A stretch of 52,457 bases of DNA, from contig JAEKNW010000215.1 in the NCBI GenBank assembly GCA_016838885.1, positions 1-52,457 of the forward strand. The letters are read 5' to 3'. The notes below the pieces were generated by a model that saw only the letters and a list, made by a program, of their open reading frames with translations, had not been told where the DNA came from and ran no database searches. The stretch's first letter is position 1, and every line of letters starts with the position of its first letter. Origin of the DNA: Candidatus Cloacimonadota bacterium (GTDB lineage: Bacteria > Cloacimonadota > Cloacimonadia > Cloacimonadales > JAFGVF01). Shown here piece after piece: positions 18,546 through 27,677 of the stretch. The translations under genes were made by a program, and so were the position numbers.

Positions 18546-20141
18546 ATGGCTGAGAATAACTTAAATCTAAGAAAAAGAATGATTGTGAATACTATGTCTA
18601 ACTATGGCAAGTTACTTATCGGGATGATGATAACAATCTTCTTAACTCGGGTTTTGTTCTTGGGGTTAAGTCGGGCTGATTATGGATTTTGGGCACTTTT
18701 ATGGTCAATTTTTGGTTATTCCTTGTTATTAGATTTTGGATTTGGTGCTTCTATTCAGAAATATACTTCAGAAAGTGTTGTAACTAAAGACTGGAATAAG
18801 TTCAATAAGATAGTAAGTACAGTCTTTTTCAATTACACCTTTGTCTCGGTTATTATCATGTTAGTTTCAGTGATTTTAGCTTACAATATCCAGCATATAT
18901 TCACCTTTGAATCAGATTCCATCGAATATTACAAGCGAGCTTTGCTAGTCTTTGGTATAGGTTCCTCAATCGTTTTCCCCATAGGCTTTTTTACAGAAAT
19001 CTTACGCGGTATGCAAGCTCTTCACCTTCGCAATATTGTGGAAATCATTGTAGCAATTCTCAATTTCACAGGAATGCTCTTGATAGTCTATTTCTTCAAA
19101 CTAGATAAACCCTTAATCTGGATGGCTATAGTTGCCATCGGCACTACTTTTATCTCAAGTATCCTAATGGGGATGATCTCACACAGACTTATCCCAGAGT
19201 TAAAAATTCGCTGGCGCTTTTATGATAGAAAGATGCTAAAATCAGTAATGGGTTTTTCTATGTATGCTTATTTAATAACCTTTACTAACCTTATTATCTT
19301 TAAAACGGACCAGCTTGTTATCTCAATCTTTGGTTCTGTTGCTTTAGTGGCTATTTATCAAATATCATCTAGGTTAGCTGAAACATTCAGAACTTTCTCA
19401 AAGCAATTTTTAGATAATCTTGGTCCGGTCTCAGCCACCCTTTTTGCTGCCGGTAATAAGAGTAAGATGGCAGAGATTATGATTCAATCAACCCGCTTAA
19501 TGGGCTTCATTTCAACTTTATTTCTAGTCCCTTTGTTAGTCTATGTCAGACCTCTACTCAAGATTTGGTTAGAATTAGAAGACATTACCGGAGTCATTGT
19601 CGCTGTAATTCTCTTACTCTCAATGTATGTATTACTCTTCTATCGATCAACATCTGTTTATATGCTTTTAATGGCTAATGAACAGAAGAAATTAACAAAA
19701 ATTGCCTTGATAGAATGTATAGCAAACCTTGTTCTTAGTGTTTTCTTAATCAAATATTTAGCTACCATAACAGCCTATTTTGGCTATTCCCTACCTGCTA
19801 ATGGAGAGATAATTGGAGTTGCTTTAGGCACTTTTATTCCTAATATTATTCTAGCTGTTACCTTCAATTTACCTATTGCTGTTAAATTCTGTGAAACTTC
19901 ACTCTGGACTTTCTTAAAGACATCTATTCTTAAAACGAAAGTTGCCGGATTGGTCTATATTACAGTAGCCATTGCTCTCTATAAACTTATAGAACCAAGC
20001 AATATCTGGGTAATTCTACTCAATTCAGGCCTTGCTGTAATTGTCTATATTGCTATATTCTACATGATTGGATTTGAAGGCTGGGAAAAAAAGCAACTTA
20101 AAGGATTTATAGCCACAAAGCTTAAATTAAGAAGAGTGTAA
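18546..20141 (+). CDS. Wzx-type oligosaccharide flippase
   Basis: ~14 TM, ADYGFW, LLDFGFG, KTDQLVIS; last gene of the EPS cluster. Confidence 0.85.
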   Translation: MAENNLNLRKRMIVNTMSNYGKLLIGMMITIFLTRVLFLGLSRADYGFWALLWSIFGYSLLLDFGFGASIQKYTSESVVTKDWNKFNKIVSTVFFNYTFVSVIIMLVSVILAYNIQHIFTFESDSIEYYKRALLVFGIGSSIVFPIGFFTEILRGMQALHLRNIVEIIVAILNFTGMLLIVYFFKLDKPLIWMAIVAIGTTFISSILMGMISHRLIPELKIRWRFYDRKMLKSVMGFSMYAYLITFTNLIIFKTDQLVISIFGSVALVAIYQISSRLAETFRTFSKQFLDNLGPVSATLFAAGNKSKMAEIMIQSTRLMGFISTLFLVPLLVYVRPLLKIWLELEDITGVIVAVILLLSMYVLLFYRSTSVYMLLMANEQKKLTKIALIECIANLVLSVFLIKYLATITAYFGYSLPANGEIIGVALGTFIPNIILAVTFNLPIAVKFCETSLWTFLKTSILKTKVAGLVYITVAIALYKLIEPSNIWVILLNSGLAVIVYIAIFYMIGFEGWEKKQLKGFIATKLKLRRV

Positions 20142-20183
20142 TAATTTTAGTCTAGAATAATTACTAACGTCGAAGGAAACAAT

Positions 20184-21095
20184 ATGAAAATCTTAAAACC
20201 GGAAATATTAGGGGTAATTGCCATCTCCATAGCTGCTATAGCATGGGGTTTAGATGGAATAGCCTTAACTCCAAAACTCTATAATTTAGATGTCCCTTTT
20301 GTAGTATTTATGCTACATGTAATCCCGGCTATCTTAATGACCCCATTCTTAGGCAAGTATTGGAAAAACCTGTTAAACTATAAATTTCAGGATGTGTTAA
20401 GTCTGTGGATTCTAGCTTTTTTTGGTGGTGCCTTAGGGACTATTTCTATTGTAAAAGCACTATTTTTAGTCAAATTTGATCATCTGTCAGTGATTGTCAT
20501 TTTACAGAAACTTCAACCTCTTTTTGCTATAATATTAGCTATGATTTTTCTAAAGGAAAGGCCAAACAAGCAGTTTTGGATATGGGCATTTATTGCTTTA
20601 TTAGGAGGATATTTTCTTACTTTTGAGTTTCATCTACCAAAAGTTTCTCAGCAAGCTAATCTTATTGAAGCTTCTTTGTATTCCTTATTGGCAGCCTTTT
20701 CATTTGGAGCCGGAACTGTATTTAGTAAGAGATCTTTATCTCGCCTAAACTTTAAGGAAGTTACCTATTTTAGATACTTCTTCACCTCCATAATTGTCGG
20801 CCTTTTTGTTTTCACAAGTGGGAAGATGGGTTATTTTCAGCTGGTAACAAAAGTAAATTGGTTTTATTTATTCTTGATATCCTTAACAGTCGGCATCGGG
20901 TCAATCTTTTTATATAATTATGGACTAAAGCGGGTAAAAGCAATAGTCTCTACCATCGCAGAACTACTTTTTCCTATATCATCAATCTTTTTCGATTATG
21001 TGATTAATGGTAACAAGCTCTCTCTAATCCAGATGATAAGTGCTGGGGTAATGGTCTTGGCGATAATTAGGATTAGCAAGCAATACTCCCATTAG
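20184..21095 (+). CDS. DMT/EamA family transporter
   Basis: Ten TM segments in two repeats, LQKLQPLFAIILAMIFLKE. Confidence 0.85.
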   Translation: MKILKPEILGVIAISIAAIAWGLDGIALTPKLYNLDVPFVVFMLHVIPAILMTPFLGKYWKNLLNYKFQDVLSLWILAFFGGALGTISIVKALFLVKFDHLSVIVILQKLQPLFAIILAMIFLKERPNKQFWIWAFIALLGGYFLTFEFHLPKVSQQANLIEASLYSLLAAFSFGAGTVFSKRSLSRLNFKEVTYFRYFFTSIIVGLFVFTSGKMGYFQLVTKVNWFYLFLISLTVGIGSIFLYNYGLKRVKAIVSTIAELLFPISSIFFDYVINGNKLSLIQMISAGVMVLAIIRISKQYSH

Positions 21096-21198
21096 GTTTG
21101 AGTTTTGTGATTAATATTGACTAAATAAATGTGGTTAAATAATTGGTATTGACTATTATTATAGAAGTAAAAAAAATAACCTATAAAATGGAGGAACG

Positions 21199-21429
21199 AT
21201 GTTAGATAAGAAAAGAGTACAAGAAGTTCTTGATATGGTAAGACCTTCTTTACAAGCTGATGGTGGTGATTGCGAATTAGTTAATGTTCGTGAAGATAAC
21301 GTGATAGAAGTTAGATTACAAGGTGCCTGTGGTTCATGTCCTATGGCTACATTAACCTTGAAAGCCGGTATTGAAAGAGTATTGAAAGATGAGATACCAG
21401 AAGTCAAAGAAGTAATTCAAGTAAGATAA
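21199..21429 (+). CDS. NifU/NfuA C-terminal domain Fe-S scaffold protein
   Basis: [11 protein letters not shown] and GACGSCP motifs; GGAGG RBS. Confidence 0.92.
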   Translation: MLDKKRVQEVLDMVRPSLQADGGDCELVNVREDNVIEVRLQGACGSCPMATLTLKAGIERVLKDEIPEVKEVIQVR

Positions 21430-21497
21430 ATTAGTTAGATAAAGATGTTTTATTTTTGATTATCAAGAGTAAAACATCTTTTTTTCTTGGAGATAAT

Positions 21498-22271
21498 ATG
21501 AGAAATAGAGATTTGAATTTTGAGATTATCAGGATTGTCGATTTCATCAAAACTATGATTAAGAATTCTGGTTTACCCAAGCTAATTATTGGTTTATCCG
21601 GTGGGATAGACTCAGCACTTTCAGCAGCATTAGCGGTTGAAGCAATAGGTAAAGAGAATGTGATTGGTCTTATGCTTCCCTATAAGGATAGTTCTCAGGC
21701 TAGTTTCGATGATGCCAAAACAGTAGCTGATCATTTAGGAATAAAGTACCATAAGGTAGAGATAACTTCCATGGTTGATGCTTATTTTTCAGCTTATGAG
21801 CGTGATGCAGATGCTTTAAGAAGAGGTAATTGCATGGCAAGAATGAGAATGATTGTCTTATATGATTTCTCAGCCAAATACCGCGGTTTAGTAGTTGGAA
21901 CTGGAAACAAATCTGAGCTCCTAACAGGTTATTGCACCCAATATGGAGATTCTGCCTGTGCTTTCGAGCCAATCGGTCATCTTTATAAAACCGAAGTGTG
22001 GGAGATGGCGCGAATTCTTAATATCCCTGATGTGGTAATAAATAAAAAGCCTACAGCAGATTTATGGTCTAACCAGACTGATGAGCAGGAGATGGGTATC
22101 ACTTATGTGCAATTAGATGAAGTATTATATCTTAAATATGAGTTAGCTTTATCTAATGAGCAAATGTTGAAGGAAGGACTTACTTCTCAAGATTTGATGA
22201 TTGTTGAAAAGCTCTATAATAATTCAAAATTTAAAAGAGTTATGCCCCCAATGTTAGAGGAGATAGATTGA
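21498..22271 (+). CDS. nadE: NH3-dependent NAD+ synthetase
   Basis: GLSGGIDS, ARMRM, GTGNKSE, GYCTQYGD, KKPTADLW; ATG at 21498 has a GGAG RBS (track start 21456). Confidence 0.93.
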   Translation: MRNRDLNFEIIRIVDFIKTMIKNSGLPKLIIGLSGGIDSALSAALAVEAIGKENVIGLMLPYKDSSQASFDDAKTVADHLGIKYHKVEITSMVDAYFSAYERDADALRRGNCMARMRMIVLYDFSAKYRGLVVGTGNKSELLTGYCTQYGDSACAFEPIGHLYKTEVWEMARILNIPDVVINKKPTADLWSNQTDEQEMGITYVQLDEVLYLKYELALSNEQMLKEGLTSQDLMIVEKLYNNSKFKRVMPPMLEEID

Positions 22272-23479
22272 GTTTATTTAAGAAAAACAGATGTAAGTTA
22301 TGTAAGGAAGAGAGAGGGGTAAGAGAATGTCCCAGAAGTGGTAAGACAATATGTTGGCACTGCTGTAATCAGATGAGAAGTGATATGCAATGCCCTGATC
22401 TTTGTTCATATCATCTTCCACCCCAGAAAAACTTAGAGTTCAATATAAAATCTGATTCATTACAAGAATCTAATGCTTTAGTCCTAAGGCTTTTTGATCT
22501 TTGGGGAATGAAGGTTCATCCGGAAATAGACGAGCTAGCACCTATTGAATTAGCCCAAACAGAAGAGGGACGAGAAAAATTAGAGACATATTTTTCTAAG
22601 ATAAAGTTTTTAAACACTCTCCCCATTAATAAAATAAGGCAGAAACTGCAACTCCCAGCTATAGATCTTCCTTCTGACAATGATTTTGAGAAGCATGCTA
22701 CAGAAATAATGACTATCTTAGCAGATCAAGATTGGGATGCTCTGATAAAATATTATTATCATCAAGAAGAACTTCAATCGCAAGAAAATAGGGACTTATT
22801 TATTAATAGAAATAAAAAGTTCAGAGTTTTTAAGAAAATTAAAGAATTCTCCCTAATCAGCTCTTCCTTGAATGATGAAGCAAAAGAAGCTCTTGTTCAT
22901 TTTGATGTTAATAAGAAAGCAGAACTTACCATCAATATGATTAAAATTGGTGGTGAATGGAAAATGAAGAGTAGAATAATCGGCCAACCTCAACTTTTTT
23001 ATGGGGAAGATACTGCTATTAAGCATATTGCCACCCTATTAAGTAAGAACGAAATGGACGAAGTTTTTACGCTATGCGAGCAATATCGTACCATCTATCC
23101 TGATTCAGCAGATATTGAATACTATTGGGGACTCTACCACTCGATTTCAGAAAATGTTAAAGAAGCCCGTAAGCACTTCGAAATCTCATATATATTAGAC
23201 CCAACTTTTGCTGAACCTCTCTACAATATCGGCTTTATCTATCAGGTTGAACATAAGAATGATAAAGCCCGTGAGATTTATTATCGTGTATTAGAGCTTG
23301 ATCCTAATGAAGTTAAGAGTATAAATAACTTAGCTATTTTACATATTGAAAAGAAAGAATGGAAAGAAGCTTTAACTTACCTGGAAAAATGTATAAAAAT
23401 AAATCCTGATTATGATATTGCCCAAAAGAATTATGATATTGTGAAAAGAAAGTTGCAAGGAGATGGTCTAGATATCTAA
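22268..23479 (+). CDS. TPR protein with Cys-rich N-terminus
   Basis: N-terminal CKLC..C..CWHCC..C..C cluster; C-terminal TPR repeats (YNIGFIY, LELDPN, NNLAIL). Confidence 0.7.
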   Translation: MSLFKKNRCKLCKEERGVRECPRSGKTICWHCCNQMRSDMQCPDLCSYHLPPQKNLEFNIKSDSLQESNALVLRLFDLWGMKVHPEIDELAPIELAQTEEGREKLETYFSKIKFLNTLPINKIRQKLQLPAIDLPSDNDFEKHATEIMTILADQDWDALIKYYYHQEELQSQENRDLFINRNKKFRVFKKIKEFSLISSSLNDEAKEALVHFDVNKKAELTINMIKIGGEWKMKSRIIGQPQLFYGEDTAIKHIATLLSKNEMDEVFTLCEQYRTIYPDSADIEYYWGLYHSISENVKEARKHFEISYILDPTFAEPLYNIGFIYQVEHKNDKAREIYYRVLELDPNEVKSINNLAILHIEKKEWKEALTYLEKCIKINPDYDIAQKNYDIVKRKLQGDGLDI

Positions 23480-24567
23480 TGAATTTAAAATATCTCAAAC
23501 AAGCTATTCAATTAGCAGAGAATGCTCGCGGAAAATGCTCTCCAAATCCCTTTGTGGGTTGCCTTATCATTAAAGATGATAAGCTGGTTGGACAAGGATT
23601 TACTCAGCCTTGGGGACAAGATCATGCAGAAGTTCAAGCCCTCAAAGAAGCAGGTCAACTTGCTCAAGGAGCAGATCTATATGTTACCCTCGAGCCATGT
23701 TCTCATTATGGAAAGACCCCTCCTTGTGCTACAGCAATTATTAAAGCCGGGATTAAACGCGTATTTATCGGGATTAAAGACCCAAATCCGCAAGTCTCAG
23801 GGCGGGGGATAGCTATGTTGGAAGAAGCTGGGATTGAAGTTACCTCTGGTCTTATGGTTGCTGAGATTACTCACCAGTTGGAATATTTTCTTACTTATAT
23901 TCAAAGAGACAGGCCTTTTGTCTTTATCAAAAGTGCTGTCTCAATAGATGGGAAAATAGCAGATGAGCTTGGTAATTCTAAATGGATAACTAATGCCAAA
24001 TCACGGGAACGTGTTCATCGCTTAAGAGCTGAAGCGGATGCCATTATTACCGGGGTTACCACAGTGAATCAAGATGATGCTATGTTCAATGTGCGATTAG
24101 ATAACTATGAGGGTAAGCAACCTCTTAGAATAGTCTTAGATTATGATTTAGAAATAAATCTAAATACTAAACTAGTCAAATCAGCTCATGAAATTAAGAC
24201 TATAATCTACACTTCCCAAGAAAATACATCTTCGCCTAAAGCAGATATTTTGAAAAAGAATAACATAGAAATTAGATGGTCTAAAAGTGTAGGCAATAAC
24301 TTCATCCTTAAGCATATTCTCAAGGATCTTAAATTAGAATATATCTCAGTAGTAATGGTTGAAGCAGGTCCACGTTTGGTCTCATCTTTTATCAGAGAAA
24401 ACCTTGTGGATAAACTCTATTATTTTATAGCACCAAGTCTTATCGGAGGAAGTAATTCTGCCTTTAAAGATGTTGGTGTGGCAAATATCTCTGACCAAAA
24501 AAAACTAAAACTATTCTCATCAGAAAATATTGACGGAGATATCTTGTTAATATATTATTTTGCTTAA
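23479..24567 (+). CDS. ribD: Bifunctional riboflavin deaminase/reductase
   Basis: PNPFVG, HAE, TLEPCSHYGKTPPC, SKWIT, VMVEAG. Confidence 0.95.
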   Translation: MNLKYLKQAIQLAENARGKCSPNPFVGCLIIKDDKLVGQGFTQPWGQDHAEVQALKEAGQLAQGADLYVTLEPCSHYGKTPPCATAIIKAGIKRVFIGIKDPNPQVSGRGIAMLEEAGIEVTSGLMVAEITHQLEYFLTYIQRDRPFVFIKSAVSIDGKIADELGNSKWITNAKSRERVHRLRAEADAIITGVTTVNQDDAMFNVRLDNYEGKQPLRIVLDYDLEINLNTKLVKSAHEIKTIIYTSQENTSSPKADILKKNNIEIRWSKSVGNNFILKHILKDLKLEYISVVMVEAGPRLVSSFIRENLVDKLYYFIAPSLIGGSNSAFKDVGVANISDQKKLKLFSSENIDGDILLIYYFA

Positions 24568-25817
24568 TCAAATAGCATTTCTAATTCATCCTTGCCGGTA
24601 GAATCAAAGAAATAGTCCGATGTTATCTCACACCCAGGGTAATAGTGTTTGATTATTCTGCTATAATCCCAGCCTGCATAAGATTTTAAATATCCCCCTG
24701 ATTGACAAAAACCTACTCCATGACCATAACCTTTTCCTTGGATAATGAAGTTATTGCCACTAACTTTAATAATAGCTAAAGTAGAAGGAATCCCTCCTAG
24801 AATAGCTCTTATCCTATCCTGAGATGTAATTGTTTCCTTACCCTGAGAAGTATTAAAAGTGATTTTGTTAATCCTTCCTGAATTATCACGAGAATCAACT
24901 TTAGCTGAATATACTTTGGAAAACTTACCCCTATTAGCAACAGTATTCATGGCTACAGTTCGTTTCCACTGATAGCTGTCTTTAATCCAATTAGGAAGTT
25001 TGGTGTAGTGAGGGTAAACTTTAGCCGGGTCCTTCTTGATCCAATCTTCCACATTTCGATAAGTGCTCATATCTTTCCCTTTCAGATAATCGATATCAGC
25101 TTTATCTTTCAAGTAAGGATAACCCTTCCCACCCCAAACTTGCTCTACATTAGCTAGATAACCACCTCCATAACTGTTAAAAGGAGTGAAGGCAACTTGG
25201 CCTTGATGAGTAACTAGCATGTAGGCTGTGGCATTTGAGGCATCAATCACGTTTTGAGGTACTTTCTTGCTTGTATTAAAGACTTGAGAATAGGTATCTG
25301 CCCGTAAATCCCATGGATAACGGTTGTTCTTCATGGATTCATAGATAGCGTAAGAGCGAGCAATAATGGCTTGAGATTTTAAAGCTTCAGCCGGAGCTCC
25401 TGAACCAATTTCACTCATTACCACGAACCTGGTGTAAGATTCTAAATTCATTAAATTCATTACAGCAATCTTGCCCTTATGCTCACGAATATGAATATCA
25501 CCGGAAAATTGTTGCTTATTATTACCTGCTAAGTAAAAGTTACCGGTTATCGAGATTTCTAGCTTATAGGCTTCATCTTTAAAAGTTTCTCTATCTAATT
25601 TTAAGGTAATCATGCCCTGAGATAAGTTATGGATTCTCAAACTTTTACTTTGATATTCACTACCATTTACAAATACTAAACCATCTGTGGTCAGGTTGAT
25701 ATCATTATCTAATTTTACCAGTATTTTTAAAAATACTTCATTCCCTATCGTCATATAGGCAGGTAATTTTGAAACTAGCAAAAGTAAAATTATAAAAAGA
25801 GTTCTTCTTTTATTCAT
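24564..25817 (-). CDS. SpoIID/LytB domain protein (lytic transglycosylase-like)
   Basis: VVMSEI..EALKSQAIIARSYA, SQVF, GKGYGHGVGFCQSG, IIKHYYPG; N-terminal signal. Confidence 0.9.
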   Translation of the reverse strand: MNKRRTLFIILLLLVSKLPAYMTIGNEVFLKILVKLDNDINLTTDGLVFVNGSEYQSKSLRIHNLSQGMITLKLDRETFKDEAYKLEISITGNFYLAGNNKQQFSGDIHIREHKGKIAVMNLMNLESYTRFVVMSEIGSGAPAEALKSQAIIARSYAIYESMKNNRYPWDLRADTYSQVFNTSKKVPQNVIDASNATAYMLVTHQGQVAFTPFNSYGGGYLANVEQVWGGKGYPYLKDKADIDYLKGKDMSTYRNVEDWIKKDPAKVYPHYTKLPNWIKDSYQWKRTVAMNTVANRGKFSKVYSAKVDSRDNSGRINKITFNTSQGKETITSQDRIRAILGGIPSTLAIIKVSGNNFIIQGKGYGHGVGFCQSGGYLKSYAGWDYSRIIKHYYPGCEITSDYFFDSTGKDELEMLFD

Positions 25818-25847
25818 TAATGAATCCTTATTCTCATGATGTTTACC

Positions 25848-25876
25848 ACTTTACTCAATATGTAAATTGATGTCAA
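25848..25876 (-). promoter_or_regulatory. Sigma70-type promoter of the SpoIID-like gene
   Basis: Minus strand TTGACA-17 bp-TAAAGT. Confidence 0.45.
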
Positions 25877-25914
25877 GTAATTGTGCTTTGGATTTACTTC
25901 GAGAGGGCTTATTA

Positions 25915-26380
25915 ACTGGGAGTACCACTGGGAACGCCACTGGGAGCGCCTTCATCCCTGAAGGCAAAAAGATGAATGCCGGCAAGATGCTCTTGTGGAG
26001 TGGAAGCGTCCCGCTTCCACAACCAAGCTTTATCAAACTTGGTTAAATCTGGCGGCAAGATGCCCCCAGTCCATATCCCCTCGTTTCAGCTAGCAGGAGA
26101 TTGACAGCTGAGATACATTCTGGCAACAAGTGGTATGGAGTGGAAGCACCCTTGCTTCCACAACCAAGCTTTTCAAAGCTTGGTGAAATCTGGCGGCAAG
26201 ATGCCCCCAGTCCATATTCCCTCGCTTCAGCTAGCAGGAGATTGATAGTTGGGATACATTCTGGCGACCAGTGGTATGGAGTGGAAGCGTTTCTGGGAGC
26301 ATCACTGGGAGCGCCTTCATCCATGAAGGCAAAAAGATGAATGCCAGCAAGATGCTGGCGCTCCCAGTGGCGCTCCCAGG
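25915..26380. repeat. Palindromic REP-like repeat array, left flank of the DGR island
   Basis: ~140-bp tandem units (TGGAAGC at 26001, 26141, 26282) with GTGGAAGCG-tcc-CGCTTCCAC and CCAAGCTT..AAGCTTGG hairpins; 12-bp ACTGGGAGCGCC end modules; GC-rich relative to flanks. Confidence 0.9.
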
Positions 26381-26415
26381 GTTTTCAAAAAGACTATATT
26401 GTTTTAAAATTTTAT

Positions 26416-26449
26416 TTGACAACTTTGCACTAAGATCAATAATTTGATC
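26416..26449 (+). promoter_or_regulatory. Sigma70-type promoter of the DGR operon with an inverted repeat over the -10
   Basis: TTGACA-16 bp-AATAAT; GATCAA-taat-TTGATC palindrome at 26434-26449. Confidence 0.5.
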
Positions 26450-26464
26450 AAATGTGGAGGAATT

Positions 26465-27598
26465 ATGAAAAAAATATTTCTATTTATATTGTTTGGAGCT
26501 GTATCAGCTCTAATGGCAAACAATGTTCCTGTGGTATCTAATATTTCAGCTTCACAGCGAGGAGATGGAAGTTATATTGTAGATATTTACTATAATGTGC
26601 ATGATGCTGATGGAGACCCAATGACAATTACTTTACAAGTCTCTCCTGATAGTGGATTGACCTGGACTTTTAGCTGTACTCAAATCTCAGGTGATGTTGG
26701 AGCTAATATTTATTCCGGTAATAATAAGCATATTGTCTGGAATTTAGGCTCAGAACATCCCAATATTGCAGGTAATAGTTTTAAGTTTAGAATCAATGCT
26801 TATGATGGTATTGATGTTGACCCATTTGACTGGAGTTATGTAAGTGCCGGTACTTATACATGGGGACAAAATGACCAAATGCAAACTCTTGATTATGATT
26901 ATATGATAATGACCTATGAAGTAACAAATGCCCAATATAAGCAGTTTCTTGATGAAGCCCTAGGTATGGGAACAGCATGGATTTCGGGTAATTATGTTCA
27001 GGCTTATTATCCTGGTGATGAACATATCTCAGCAGGTAATCAAAATCTCTATGCTTTGGGTACACCATCTTCTTACAAATATGCTCAAATTTCATTTTAT
27101 GAAGGTGATTTTTATATTAATGAGCCAAGTGGTTATAACGATGGAGATTTTGACAACCATCCTGTAGTTTATGTAACATGGTTTGGTGCTTGGGCTTTTG
27201 CTCAGCATTATGATTTACGGCTTCCCACAGAACAAGAATGGGAAAAAGCGGCTAGAGCTTCTACAGGATATGAATATCCTTGGGGAAATTCATTAAGTGG
27301 TAATAGAGCTAACTATCGTGATTCAGGAGATCCCTGGGATAATGGAACAAGCCCGGTTGGTTATTATAATGGACAAAATGGGACTATAGACAGTCCTTCT
27401 CCTTATGGACTATATGATATGTGTGGCAATGTTCATGATTGGACTGATAGCTGGTATAATTCTGCCAATCGAGTCTTGCGTGGCGGTATTTGGGGCTACA
27501 GCTCTTACTACGACTATTTACGCTCGTGGTACCGCTACTACTACACTCCGACAAACAGCAGCTACAGCATCGGTTTTCGATGTGCCAGGACTCCATAA
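26465..27598 (+). CDS. DGR target protein: secreted, N-terminal Ig-like domain + FGE-sulfatase/SUMF1 (CLec-fold) domain with C-terminal variable region
   Basis: GGAGG RBS then MKKIFLFILFGAVSALMA signal; YEVTNAQY, HPVVYVTW, RLPTEQEWEKAAR, YPWG, GLYDMCGNV, RVLRGG, GFRC; 3' end matches the TR. Confidence 0.93.
   Translation: MKKIFLFILFGAVSALMANNVPVVSNISASQRGDGSYIVDIYYNVHDADGDPMTITLQVSPDSGLTWTFSCTQISGDVGANIYSGNNKHIVWNLGSEHPNIAGNSFKFRINAYDGIDVDPFDWSYVSAGTYTWGQNDQMQTLDYDYMIMTYEVTNAQYKQFLDEALGMGTAWISGNYVQAYYPGDEHISAGNQNLYALGTPSSYKYAQISFYEGDFYINEPSGYNDGDFDNHPVVYVTWFGAWAFAQHYDLRLPTEQEWEKAARASTGYEYPWGNSLSGNRANYRDSGDPWDNGTSPVGYYNGQNGTIDSPSPYGLYDMCGNVHDWTDSWYNSANRVLRGGIWGYSSYYDYLRSWYRYYYTPTNSSYSIGFRCARTP
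27463..27587 (+). repeat. DGR variable repeat (VR)
   Basis: 125-bp ungapped match to 29136-29260 with 15 mismatches, all at TR adenines. Confidence 0.97.
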
Positions 27599-27630
27599 TG
27601 GACCCTTGTGATTTGTACCTTGGTACTTGT

Positions 27631-27651
27631 AAATCGGGCAAAGCCCGATTT
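27631..27651. other. DGR target-recognition hairpin/cruciform downstream of VR/IMH (may double as terminator)
   Basis: Perfect 9-bp stem AAATCGGGC-aaa-GCCCGATTT about 33 nt after the target stop; T-run follows. Confidence 0.75.
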
Positions 27652-27677
27652 CGAATTTTTTTTAGAGATTGAATTAT

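Noticed and set aside
25915-26380. CRISPR array (also considered for 32772-33264 and 39147-39405)
   Set aside because: The sequence between palindromes is itself repeated (no unique spacers), periods are 140 or 71 bp with only 2-4 units, and no cas genes are present
25851-26422. Short ORFs in the repeat arrays (25851-26036, 26043-26324, 26101-26340, 26231-26422; likewise 32901-33311, 33103-33291, 48338-48699)
   Set aside because: They are translations of GC-richer repeat DNA in several frames and strands, with no RBS or protein motif; most likely spurious
26465-27598. True formylglycine-generating enzyme
   Set aside because: The catalytic Cys-containing segment is replaced by the variable region and no sulfatase is nearby; the fold is used as a binding scaffold
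27384-27672. Alternative-frame ORFs over VR and TR (27384-27641, 27405-27611, 27490-27672, 29046-29369)
   Set aside because: By-products of the stop-poor repeat; their mutual similarity only reflects the VR/TR duplication
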